Assembly (NCBI RefSeq): GCF_000940845.1
Contig: NZ_CP010341.1
Coordinates: 1,800,001-1,832,000 of the forward strand
Source of the DNA: Propionibacterium freudenreichii subsp. freudenreichii
GTDB taxonomy: Bacteria; Actinomycetota; Actinomycetes; Propionibacteriales; Propionibacteriaceae
Length of the DNA stretch: 32,000 bases
Direction of reading: 5' to 3'
The translations under genes were made by a program, and so were the position numbers. Every line of letters starts with the position of its first letter. The stretch's first letter is position 1. Of the stretch, positions 1-8,184 are shown piece by piece. Below the pieces are notes generated by a model. That model did not search any database. It had not been told where the DNA came from and saw only the letters and a program-made list of their open reading frames with translations.

Positions 1-56
1 CCGGCCCTGTGAGCCGCGCCGCCTGCCTCACCGGGGTCCCCCTCGGTTTGGCCCGG

Positions 57-1166
57 TCAAGCCCCGCTGGTGACCCACGCCTTGGTGACGGCCTCGCTGC
101 GCTTCACTGCGGGCGCTTCGGAGGTGACAGTGCCGACCAGCACGCGCCAGGTCCCCTGACTCGTGTCGATGTGTGGCGACGCGTCCGTTGGGCTCCAGAG
201 CACGTTGTCACCACTTTGCCGGCACGGCCCGGCCGCGCAGAGAAATATAGGGGAGTAGTTATCAGAACTGATATCAAGCGCGCCGTCCGCCTTCGCCCGG
301 TACTGAGATCCGTCATCGGTTTCAATCCAGATGGGCTCTGAACCCGAAGCCGATCCACCGGTCGCGACTGCAACATTCTTGTACCGGATAAAGGTCCGGG
401 GTTGCGCGTCGACACACAGGATGTTCACGCTGCCGGCGCCCGTGGAGGGCTCGAGCCAGCAGGCCTCCGCGCCCGTGACAAGGGCGGGCGAGCAGTCGAA
501 CGACTCAAGGATTGAGCCACTGGTCGTGCACTCGAGGGCGCTGGCCGCTGACGGGTCACCGCTGCGAACAGTGACTCCCGGATCGAGCTGCCCGTTTGCA
601 AGGAGTGGGGAAGCCGAGAGGATCTGGGTGCGCGCCACGGACGATGGAGACGGCGCGGCGGTGGGGCCCTGACTCGGCGAAGCGGGGGCGCTCGGGGCCG
701 ATGTCGCCGGATGTTGCGCCTGCAGGCTCTTGTCCTTGGCGGCGATCTCGTCGGCCGATGTGCTGAGGGACGCCGAACCGAAGGGGTTGGCGCTCTGCTT
801 GATCGTGAAGCTTGGCATGTCGGGGGCGGTGAGCGTATAGCCGCTACCGGAGCTGCGCGCGATGTGCGCTTGCCAGCCCTGTCCGGTGGTCTGGTTGGTG
901 ACCTGGGCCACGGTCGACTTGTCCACGTGGGCGATCACGGCCTCGTAGCTGACATCAATGGTCGCTGAGTTGCCGGCGCCGGTCGACGCACTGGGCGACG
1001 AGCCGCCTGCAGGCGTGGCCGAGGCTGAGGCCGCCGGGTTCACGGTTGTGCTGAACCTGTACGACGCACCCTCTGCGAGCATGCGTGCATTGCGAAAGGC
1101 GTTGCCGGCTAGGCCTCCGGCGATGATCAGGAGCAGCGCCAACACGACGATGAGGACTCGTTTCAT
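57..1166 (-). CDS. hypothetical exported/membrane-anchored protein (369 aa)
   Basis: ORF 57..1481 trimmed to the internal ATG at 1164-1166 (MKRVLIVVLALLLIIAGG..., N-terminal hydrophobic anchor). ATGA stop/start overlap with the upstream zinc-ribbon ORF. Ser/Ala/Pro-rich linkers followed by a Cys-containing C-terminal domain. No family recognised. Confidence 0.55.
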   Translation of the reverse strand: MKRVLIVVLALLLIIAGGLAGNAFRNARMLAEGASYRFSTTVNPAASASATPAGGSSPSASTGAGNSATIDVSYEAVIAHVDKSTVAQVTNQTTGQGWQAHIARSSGSGYTLTAPDMPSFTIKQSANPFGSASLSTSADEIAAKDKSLQAQHPATSAPSAPASPSQGPTAAPSPSSVARTQILSASPLLANGQLDPGVTVRSGDPSAASALECTTSGSILESFDCSPALVTGAEACWLEPSTGAGSVNILCVDAQPRTFIRYKNVAVATGGSASGSEPIWIETDDGSQYRAKADGALDISSDNYSPIFLCAAGPCRQSGDNVLWSPTDASPHIDTSQGTWRVLVGTVTSEAPAVKRSEAVTKAWVTSGA

Positions 1167-1492
1167 CACACCCACCCCCACAGGTATCCCGCGAAGAAGC
1201 TGACGGAGAAGAGGAGCACTGCACCCACCACCAGCAGGACGACTGCCCACGGCGTGACGGCCGCGGAACCGGCGGTTGCTTGCGGCGCACTGCCGGGAGC
1301 GGTGACCACGGCGGGCGCCTCCGCCCCATAGCCCTGGGCGGGCTGCCACAGGGGTTGGTTCCCCGGGGGCGTCGGCGAGGTGGGAGGCATGGTCGCCTCC
1401 GATGTCAGCGGGGCCACCGGCGTCCCACATTGCTGGCAGACGGTGGCGCCGGTGGGAAGAGGAGCACCGCAATTTCCGCAATAGAGCTGCAT
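1166..1492 (-). CDS. zinc-ribbon domain membrane protein (108 aa)
   Basis: ORF 1166..1546 trimmed to the ATG at 1490-1492 (MQLYCGNCGAPLPTGATVCQQCGTPV = CxxC-x11-CxxC zinc ribbon). Pro-rich linker and C-terminal hydrophobic helix (WAVVLLVVGAVLLFSVSFFAGYLW). TGA overlaps the ATG of the next gene. Confidence 0.6.
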   Translation of the reverse strand: MQLYCGNCGAPLPTGATVCQQCGTPVAPLTSEATMPPTSPTPPGNQPLWQPAQGYGAEAPAVVTAPGSAPQATAGSAAVTPWAVVLLVVGAVLLFSVSFFAGYLWGWV

Positions 1493-1549
1493 GACATGTT
1501 CCCTATCTGGTGCGCCGAGCAGGCAGAAACAGATGCTGGGCAGCAAGGG

Positions 1550-1572
1550 CAGGAACTCGCCTTGAATCGCTC
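1550..1572 (-). repeat. possible fifth, strongly decayed relic of the ychF 3' end (R5)
   Basis: Plus-strand ggaactc(gcc)ttgaatcgctcat aligns to copy R3 ggaactc(caccacga)ttcgatcgctcat. Shared 7-mer, 11/13 block including the 9-mer atcgctcat (= ATGAGCGAT on the minus strand), 5-nt gap. Same orientation as the other copies, about 60 nt upstream of the zinc-ribbon gene. Confidence 0.3.
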
Positions 1573-2177
1573 ATCTGCATTCGTCGCGCGGTCAGCGGTC
1601 CGCGCGTTCCTCTCGGGTGGGGGTGAGGAAGATCGAGAGAATAATATCGGAACTCATGGGTTCCTGTGGTCGGGGTCGGGACTCGTCCTTCCCCGTCGGC
1701 CCCACCGAGCCGACGGTACGTCTCCGCGCCATGTGAACGACTCGAGCCAATGGCATGCCCGTCTGCGGCGAACGCGGGGCCCGCAGAGTCTTCTGTCCCG
1801 TCTAGGCGACCAAGTGACGTTTGATTCCGACAACCTCGTCACGCAACGTCTGTAGCTCTGGTCGGTCACCGGTCACTCGAAGGATCTGCCGTCACAGGCC
1901 TTGGACGGACAGCCACACCCAAGCCCCGAGGTCACGCCAACCCGACAGCAACGAGTTCCCTCAGCCGCCAAATGACCCTCCCAGTTGACTCGCATTCCGC
2001 TAGGGCGGCTCAGCCGTGACGGATATCAGGGCACCAACTCCATCGGATGAGCAGTCGGCGGGACCACACAAGCATCCCGCCCGGACAGGGACGGACTGTC
2101 GTCGGCAGGTGACGTCTTATAGGACTGATGGCAGGCCAGCCCGTCGATTCGACCACGAATTGCCCTCACGCTTCGTC

Positions 2178-2735
2178 TCATGCTCCGGAGAGCCTTGCGT
2201 TCACGTCATCTCCCGACCATCCCATGGGGGGACTAGGAACATGCCAAAATGGCTTGGAATACATGTGCTTTCCATTGGTCAACTCCACGTCAGCACGAAA
2301 CATGTAGCCCACCATGGTGGAGTAGTCGAACGGTGGGACGCTCAGTGAAACCGCCCACGCTTCGCTAGTTCCCGACGCAAGGTTCACGGGATCCCCGAAG
2401 CCGGTTGGTGGCAAACCAGCTCTAGACAGTGTCGGAATGTCATTCACCGAACCCATGGCGGGTTCTTGAGTTGATTCGGAGGACTCCCCCACGAGCTCAA
2501 AGCCGAGCCGGGCGATCGCGATGGGAGCACCCTCGGTGGTTACGGTGACTGTCACGTAGGACCGAGTCGAAACGCTCTTCCCATCCCCCGCCGGAATCCC
2601 AACTGACTGTGACTGACAAGTGACATATTTCCGACGGCGATTCGTCCACCACTCCGCCAACCTCACCACAGCAAGAACGATCGAAATGATTAAGACCGCG
2701 AGCCCTATCCAGTTCACGGCGAGCGACGCACCCAC
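2178..2735 (-). CDS. hypothetical single-pass membrane protein (185 aa)
   Basis: GTG start at 2735 preceded by gagggggaaagcta (SD-like). N-terminal TM helix (WIGLAVLIISIVLAVVRLAEWW) followed by RRRK, then a beta-rich soluble domain. No family recognised. Lower-GC island DNA. Confidence 0.5.
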   Translation of the reverse strand: MGASLAVNWIGLAVLIISIVLAVVRLAEWWTNRRRKYVTCQSQSVGIPAGDGKSVSTRSYVTVTVTTEGAPIAIARLGFELVGESSESTQEPAMGSVNDIPTLSRAGLPPTGFGDPVNLASGTSEAWAVSLSVPPFDYSTMVGYMFRADVELTNGKHMYSKPFWHVPSPPMGWSGDDVNARLSGA

Positions 2736-2812
2736 TAGCTTTCCCCCTCACCCCAGGTTCCCGAACCAGATGTTGTTCCAGCCACCGGGGCCCGCGTCCC
2801 AGTAGCCATAGC

Positions 2813-2851
2813 TCAGACGTTGAACCGGAACTCCACCGCGTTCCGGCACAT
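2813..2851 (-). repeat. relic of the canonical ychF 3' end (R4), encodes MCRNAVEFRFNV*
   Basis: Minus strand reads atg tgc cgg aac gcg gtg gag ttc cgg ttc aac gtc tga. It shares ggtggagttccg (12 nt) and aacgtctg (8 nt) with the real ychF end, and gaactccaccgc (12 nt, plus strand) with copy R2. It lacks the 5-nt insertion present in R1-R3. Confidence 0.7.
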
Positions 2852-3031
2852 AGGTACATCTGAACACGGGGTTCACGTGCGCCCTCTCCCCACGGTCAGT
2901 GCTCGCTACTGATCAGGGGACACAGGCTCACCCTCGACGTGGGTCAGCCTGCTGGACGCCACGAAGGCGGTAGCGCGCCATCACGGCGGCAGGGAACCCG
3001 GCTGAGACGCCACATACTAGGGATCTGAAGA

Positions 3032-3059
3032 GGGCTCGACCATGCCAGCGGTCGGCCCC
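3032..3059 (-). terminator. possible stem-loop at the stop codon of the 667-aa ORF
   Basis: gggctcgacc (3032-3041) and ggtcggcccc (3050-3059) can form about 9 bp with one bulged T and an 8-nt loop. No U-tract. Weak call. Confidence 0.25.
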
Positions 3060-5005
3060 TATTCCTTCGCGAGCACGGCGTTATCCGTCAGGCAGAAGTC
3101 ATCGTTGATCTTGATGACCAGCGCAACGAGTAGGCGGAGCGCTGTTAGATACGTGTGGCGGTGAACGCGGTCGTCGTCACCGTCTGCCTGTGATCCATGG
3201 AGGTAGCGGTTGCGCAGGCTAGGTCCGTTGCTGAACTCCTTATCGTTAAGGAAGTAGTTGAAGTAGCTGACCTCCGCGGCGCTGAGCAGCGTTGATCGAT
3301 GCGCCAGCCATCCGGCGCTCACCATCTCGTCAATGGCTTTCTGGCCGGCCGCCGAGTGATGGAGACAGCTCGTCACCTCGCACTCCCAGAGTTCCTTGAG
3401 CACATGCAATTGTGGCGCGCTTGCAAACGCAATTCGGTCACGATCTCCGGTCAGGATGCCCTTCTCGACCAGGAAGTCGATGTTGCGCTGTTGGTACTCG
3501 TGGAACTGGTCGTAGGCGATGTCATTGGCGATGACCAAGTGGAGGAAGCTCTCTGCCTCCAGATCGCTGCTGATGTGCACCAATCCGGATTGGTCCGAGA
3601 AGAGCAGGTGCTGAATTCCTTGGATGTCTGCGTTGTTGGCAACGTAGGCGTACTTATCCACAACCTGACTCGGGATGTCGCCGTAGGAAAGCTGCCCCGA
3701 TGTGATTGTCAGCAGCTCCGGGTCAACCTCGCCGTAGTCGACATGCAGCGTGAACTGCTTGAGGACGCTCTCCATCTCTGAGAACAGATGGCGGCTCTTC
3801 TCAAGGTAGGTAGCGGTCGGGCTGGAGGCGCGGTACTTCAGCCCCTTGGCACCGAACTCCTGCTCAAGGTAGTCCGTGAAGAACCAAGCGATGACCAACT
3901 CGAGCTCTATACCTTCGGAGCTGAGGAAGCGCTCGTACATCAAGGTCTGGAGCAAGGACGCCTGGTCCTGGAGCCTGAACGCCGCCCCCGTCCGGTAGTC
4001 GCCCTTGCCCGGCGTACCCATGAACCGCTCGAAGACGCCAAGTTGCGCTCCGTAGGAAGGGAGTTCCAGGAGCATGTGGTCGTTGGCGAACTGGAACAGG
4101 TGAACGAAGTTATTCAGGATAGTCGGGTAGTCGAGGTTCTCCGTGAGCCAGGTTCGACTGTAGGAGTACTTGCCAACCATGCCGTCCAAAGACTTGACGA
4201 CCTCTTCGACCTGATCGGCCGAGATGCCCACTTCGCAGCCGGTCTTGATCCCCTCCGTGGACTCGAACATCTTCTTCGTGAGCGCATCTGCCTTGCGACG
4301 AGCCTTTAGCTTCAGTCGTGCATCGACGCCGGTGTTCTTGTCAGCTCGTGCGGATGCGATCAGCTTGACGAAGTTGAGGTTGGGCTCTTCCTCATCGAGG
4401 TAGCGGTCAAACAGGCCACGCTGATCCGCGGGAGTGAAGCTCTTCGGAAGATGGATTGGATCCCGCCCCTCGGACTGGAGGAACTTCCGCGCAAGCAGCT
4501 CAGCATTGCGCGGCCCAGCGAGTAGCAGGGCCCGAATCTCCTGGTCGTAGGCACGCACGAGTGCCTGGCATGAGAGCAGATCGTGCGGGTGGAAACTCTG
4601 CTCTTGAAGTGCAGCAAGCACGATCGAGTCAGTGCAGCGCTCGAAGACCTTGTTCTTTCCGAGGAGGTCGAGGACGTCTGTGCGGTACTGAAAGTCAACG
4701 TCCTGAACGAGCGTTGAGAAGGTGGCGTCAGTCACTTTGCCGAAAAACCTGCCGATGACTTTCCGGATCTCGGGGCCGTGCGCCAGAGGCGCGTCTCGCT
4801 CTGCTTCGGCCAGGTCCTTCGGGAGAACTTTGTGTTCTAGGAACAACGCGAGATGATGCAACTCAACGATGTCGTTTATGCCTTGATCGCCACGAGTAGC
4901 ATCGAATTCACGGACGAGCTCTAGGAGGCGGTCGGCCTGCCAGAAGGTTCCGTAGTCGCTGAGGCCGAAGAACTTCAGTCTCTTCTCTGGTCCGCTTTCC
5001 GACAC
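3059..5005 (-). CDS. large hypothetical protein with C-terminal HEPN-like RNxxxH motif (648 aa from GTG 5005; ORF open to 5062 = 667 aa)
   Basis: Long uninterrupted ORF in lower-GC DNA. GTG at 5003-5005 is preceded by gggagggagattcga (strong SD), so it is preferred over GTG 5062. C-terminus reads ...FSNGPSLRNRYLHGSQADGDDDRVHRHTYLTALRLLVALVIKI (R-N-x3-H followed by a helix). The remainder is helical with no recognised family. Confidence 0.65.
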   Translation of the reverse strand: MSESGPEKRLKFFGLSDYGTFWQADRLLELVREFDATRGDQGINDIVELHHLALFLEHKVLPKDLAEAERDAPLAHGPEIRKVIGRFFGKVTDATFSTLVQDVDFQYRTDVLDLLGKNKVFERCTDSIVLAALQEQSFHPHDLLSCQALVRAYDQEIRALLLAGPRNAELLARKFLQSEGRDPIHLPKSFTPADQRGLFDRYLDEEEPNLNFVKLIASARADKNTGVDARLKLKARRKADALTKKMFESTEGIKTGCEVGISADQVEEVVKSLDGMVGKYSYSRTWLTENLDYPTILNNFVHLFQFANDHMLLELPSYGAQLGVFERFMGTPGKGDYRTGAAFRLQDQASLLQTLMYERFLSSEGIELELVIAWFFTDYLEQEFGAKGLKYRASSPTATYLEKSRHLFSEMESVLKQFTLHVDYGEVDPELLTITSGQLSYGDIPSQVVDKYAYVANNADIQGIQHLLFSDQSGLVHISSDLEAESFLHLVIANDIAYDQFHEYQQRNIDFLVEKGILTGDRDRIAFASAPQLHVLKELWECEVTSCLHHSAAGQKAIDEMVSAGWLAHRSTLLSAAEVSYFNYFLNDKEFSNGPSLRNRYLHGSQADGDDDRVHRHTYLTALRLLVALVIKINDDFCLTDNAVLAKE

Positions 5006-5436
5006 TCGAATCTCCCTCCCGGTAGGCGTCACTCTATACAGTTCGGGGGCGCCTAGTGGCACGAATTTGAAGTTGTTGCCTGATCGTGCAGCAGTCCCCT
5101 TGGGCGGAGCCGTCGTCCACGTCGATCGTTGCGCCGGCTCCTCGTTCTGTCGTGGAAGCGAGCCGAACTAGCGGCGCATCACCCCGAGGCGGACACGACC
5201 TACGTCTCCATGGGCATAATCCCGCGCCCCATCGGGCTCCTCCCCACCGCGGAGCGGCGCACGACGGACGATGCACAACTACGCGGGTAGGTCCCTTGCA
5301 AAAGCGCCGGGCACTAGTCCTGACTCAACACTCGACAAGAATCATCAACGAATCTCACTAGTTATTGATGGGCCTACCCTGGTTTTTCGGACACTTGATG
5401 TGGCGGGGCCTGGTGGCCCTGGGGGAAGGTGTTGTC

Positions 5437-5742
5437 ATGAGCACGGGGAACGAGAAGACGCGGAGGCAGCGTCGCAAGTTCACGGCACAGTACCGCCATG
5501 AGGCGGCGAGGATGGTGATCGACTCGGGTCGCACGATCGCCGAGGTCGCCCAGGAACTGGGGCTGGGTCCCCAACTGTTGGGCAGGTGGGTGAAGGCAGA
5601 GAAGGAGACCATGACGCCGAGCACGTTGAGTCCGGATGAACGCGAGGAGTTGAAGCGGCTCCGCAAGGAGAACGCGGACCTGCGGATGGACAACGAGTTC
5701 TTGGGAAAAGCAGCGGCCTTCTTCGCTGCGAAGCATCAGTGA
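5437..5742 (+). CDS. IS3-family transposase OrfA (HTH, 101 aa)
   Basis: ATG 5437 after gggggaaggtgttgtc. MSTGNEKTRRQRRKFTAQYRHEAARMVIDSGRTIAEVAQELGLGPQLLGRWVKAEKE... is a typical IS3/IS911 OrfA with a leucine-zipper-like tail. Confidence 0.85.
   Translation: MSTGNEKTRRQRRKFTAQYRHEAARMVIDSGRTIAEVAQELGLGPQLLGRWVKAEKETMTPSTLSPDEREELKRLRKENADLRMDNEFLGKAAAFFAAKHQ
5703..5709 (+). promoter_or_regulatory. candidate programmed -1 ribosomal frameshift heptamer G_GGA_AAA (IS3 orfA to orfB)
   Basis: In the orfA frame the codons are ttg gga aaa gca, giving the X_XXY_YYZ pattern gggaaaa. The -1 frame is open from here into orfB (..LGKSSGLLRCEASVSEKYTLMQ..). Confidence 0.5.
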
Positions 5743-6360
5743 GTGAGAAGTACACGCTGATGCAGGCGGAGAAGGCTCGGTACCCGATTGCCCGGATGGC
5801 CCGCCTGTTGAAAGTGTCCACTTCCGGGTACTACGCGTGGGTTGCGGCCCAGCAGCGGGATGGGGATCATCTTCTCCCCAGCCTCCGGGCGCGTCGGCGC
5901 CTGGATGAGGCGGTGCGCCGCATATGGGTGGACTCCCGAAGCACGTACGGGTACCTGCGTGTGTGCGCCCAGCTTCGCCGTGAGGGGGTGGTGGTGGATC
6001 GTAAGACGGTGGCGGCCTTGATGCGCCGTCAGGGCCTTGCGGGCATCAGCCCGCGCCGGTTCCGTCCGGTGACGACGATACCGGGGACGCGCACGCATTC
6101 GATCCCTGACCGGGTCAAGCGACACTGGGACACGGGGCAGGTGGATCGCGTGTGGGTCACCGGCATCACCTACCTGAGGACGCGGGCCGGGTGGGTGTAC
6201 CTGTGCGCCATCAAGGACGCTTGCTCCCGGAAGGTCATCGCAACCGCCATGTCGACGACCATGACGACGGACCTCGTGGAGGAGGCGTTGCGTTCGGGCT
6301 CGCATTCTTCGCCCGAACGCGCCCAGGAAAGTGATCATCCATTCCGACCGTGGCACGCAA
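5739..6360 (+). pseudogene. IS3-family transposase OrfB, N-terminal part (frameshifted, truncated by IS30 insertion)
   Basis: YPIARMARLLKVSTSGYYAW... and ITYLRTRAGWVYLCAIKDACSRKVIA (HTH_21 and start of rve). The best-matching reading moves from frame 0 (..LVEEAL) to frame 2 (AFGLAFFARTRPGK*) to frame 1 (VIIHSDRGTQ) between about 6290 and 6333, implying two indels. Confidence 0.8.
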
Positions 6361-7857
6361 GGTGAATTCAACTGGTCGTCGCAACACCTTGACCGTGGAG
6401 GTGTTCAGCTGTGGCGACGAGGGACTGGGCCGCGAAGACGAGCGATGTGCCCGAGGGTGCGCGTCGGCAATGGCGTGCGGATCGGGCGTTGCGTCCGCCG
6501 ATGCGTTCGCCCGGGCGGCCTGAGCCCTCGCGGGCGGTGCAGCGGCAGTTCTGGCGTCTGATCGCGACGGGCATCACCTCAGCCGAAGCGGCTCTGAAGG
6601 TGGGCGTGTCTGTGCCGGTCGGGTCCCGTTGGTTTCGCCACGCTGGCGGCATGCCACCGATCTCACTTGCCGAGCCCAGCGGCCGTTACCTGTCCTTCGA
6701 GGAGCGTGAGGAGATCGCGCTCCTGCGCGCCAAGCAGGTCGGCGTGCGTGAGATCGCGCGCAGGATCGGCCGCGACCCGGGAACGATCTCCCGCGAACTG
6801 CGCCGCAACGCGGCCACGCGCAGCGGGAAGCAGGAGTACCGGGCGTTGGTAGCGCAATGGAAGGCTCAGCAGACAGCGAAGCGCCCGAAGACGGCGAAGC
6901 TCGCGACCAACGACCGGTTGCGTGAGTACGTTCAGGAGCGCCTCGCCGGAAACGTCTGTCGGCCTGACGGCAGCATCGTCGTGGGGCCGGAACCGCCGGC
7001 ATGGAAGGGGCTGAACAAACCTCACCGGCAGGACCGGCGGTGGGCGACCGCGTGGAGCCCGGAGCAGATCTCGCACCGGCTGAAGGTCGACTTCCCGGAT
7101 GATGAATCCATGCGCATCAGCCACGAGGCGATCTACCAGTCGCTGTTCATTGAGGGCCGTGGTGCGCTCAAACGCGAGCTCGTCACGTGCCTGCGCACCG
7201 GCCGCGCCCTCCGGCAGCCGCGGGCTCGAGCACAGAACCGCCCGCAAGGTCACGTCACCGCCGATGTCGTGTTCTCCGAACGGCCCGCAGCAGCCGCGGA
7301 CCGCGCCGTGCCCGGGCATTGGGAGGGCGACTTGATCATCGGCACGGGCCGGTCCGCGATCGGCACTCTCGTCGAACGCAAGAGCCGGTCGACCCTGCTG
7401 GTGCACCTGCCGAGGCTGGACGGGTGGGGCGAGGCGCCGCCGATCAAGAACGGGCCCGCGTTGGGCGGCTACGGCGCAGTCGCGATGAACGCCGCGCTCA
7501 TCGCGTCGATGATGAAGCTCCCCGAACAGCTCCGCAAGACGCTCACCTGGGACCGCGGCAAAGAACTCTCCGCGCACGCCCAGTTCGCGCTCGAGACGGG
7601 CACGAAGGTGTTCTTCGCCGACCCCCACTCGCCCTGGCAGAGGCCGACGAACGAGAACACCAACGGGTTGCTGCGGCAATACTTCCCGAAGGGCACCGAC
7701 CTCTCACGATGGTCCGCTGAAGACCTCGAAGCAGTCGCCCTCGCACTGAACAACCGACCCCGCAAGAGCCTCGACTGGAAGACCCCCGCCGAAGTATTCC
7801 AGGAGCAGTTACACTCGCTCCAACAACCCGGTGTTGCAACGACCGGTTGAACCCAGG
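6361..7857 (+). mobile_element. IS30-family insertion sequence (1497 bp) inserted in IS3 orfB
   Basis: Terminal inverted repeats ggtgaattcaactggtcgtcgcaacacc versus reverse complement of the right end cctgggttcaaccggtcgttgcaacacc. 3-bp direct duplication caa at 6358-6360 and 7858-7860. Removing 1500 nt restores HSDRGTQ|FTSEQMYE in frame. Confidence 0.9.
6501..7850 (+). CDS. IS30-family transposase (449 aa from ATG 6501; ORF opens at GTG 6411)
   Basis: N-terminal HTH (FWRLIATGITSAEAALKVGVS; REIARRIGRDPGTISRELRRN). DDE region with HWEGDLIIG, TLTWDRGKELS and NENTNGLLRQYFPKGTDL. The stop lies inside the right IR. Confidence 0.9.
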   Translation: MRSPGRPEPSRAVQRQFWRLIATGITSAEAALKVGVSVPVGSRWFRHAGGMPPISLAEPSGRYLSFEEREEIALLRAKQVGVREIARRIGRDPGTISRELRRNAATRSGKQEYRALVAQWKAQQTAKRPKTAKLATNDRLREYVQERLAGNVCRPDGSIVVGPEPPAWKGLNKPHRQDRRWATAWSPEQISHRLKVDFPDDESMRISHEAIYQSLFIEGRGALKRELVTCLRTGRALRQPRARAQNRPQGHVTADVVFSERPAAAADRAVPGHWEGDLIIGTGRSAIGTLVERKSRSTLLVHLPRLDGWGEAPPIKNGPALGGYGAVAMNAALIASMMKLPEQLRKTLTWDRGKELSAHAQFALETGTKVFFADPHSPWQRPTNENTNGLLRQYFPKGTDLSRWSAEDLEAVALALNNRPRKSLDWKTPAEVFQEQLHSLQQPGVATTG

Positions 7858-8148
7858 CAATTCACCTCCGAGCAGATGTATGAGTGCTGCCGGGAACTCC
7901 ACCTCGACCAGTCAATGGGACGCACCGGGGTGTGCTGGGACAATGCGATGATCGAATCCCAGTGGTCCGTGTTGAAGGCTGAGTTCTACGACCGCTACGA
8001 GTGGGACACCCCCCAGCAGGCCATTCAGGGCGTGGAGGAGTGGATCTACGACTTCTACAACACGAAGCGCCTCAACTCAGCGATCGGCTACCAGACCCCA
8101 GTCGAGTTCGAAGCCCAACACGCGGCAGCCCTGACACGGGCCGCCTGA
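7858..8148 (+). pseudogene. IS3-family transposase OrfB, C-terminal part
   Basis: (Q)FTSEQMYECCRELHLDQSMGRTGVCWDNAMIESQWSVLKAEF...KRLNSAIGYQTPVEFE is the rve-domain C-terminus. It continues 6331-6360 in frame once the IS30 is removed. Confidence 0.85.
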
Positions 8149-8184
8149 ACCAATCCAACCGTCCGAAACTTGCGGGTAACCCCA

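Larger units (their letters stand above)
5369..8184 (+). mobile_element. IS3-family insertion sequence (about 1316 bp without its IS30 passenger), decayed
   Basis: Ends are TG...CA. Left end tgggcctaccctggtttttcggac versus reverse complement of right end tggggttacccgcaagtttcggac (9/16 + 8/8 match). orfA/orfB organisation with a -1 frameshift heptamer. No matching target duplication (tga / gga flanks). Confidence 0.8.

Noticed and set aside
5086-5361. 91-aa plus-strand ORF between the 667-aa gene and IS3, considered as a possible integrase or ISL3 fragment
   Set aside because: The translation (…PRGGHDLRLHGHNPAPHRAPPHRGAAHDGR…) is low-complexity with no recombinase or transposase motifs. The region is more likely the promoter/5' region of the 667-aa gene.
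7883-7893. 11-mer ggaactccacc, identical to the core of the ychF-tail repeat, inside IS3 orfB
   Set aside because: Similarity does not extend into the flanks beyond a few bases. The sequence encodes a conserved part of the IS3 transposase (CRELHLDQ), so the match is treated as chance.
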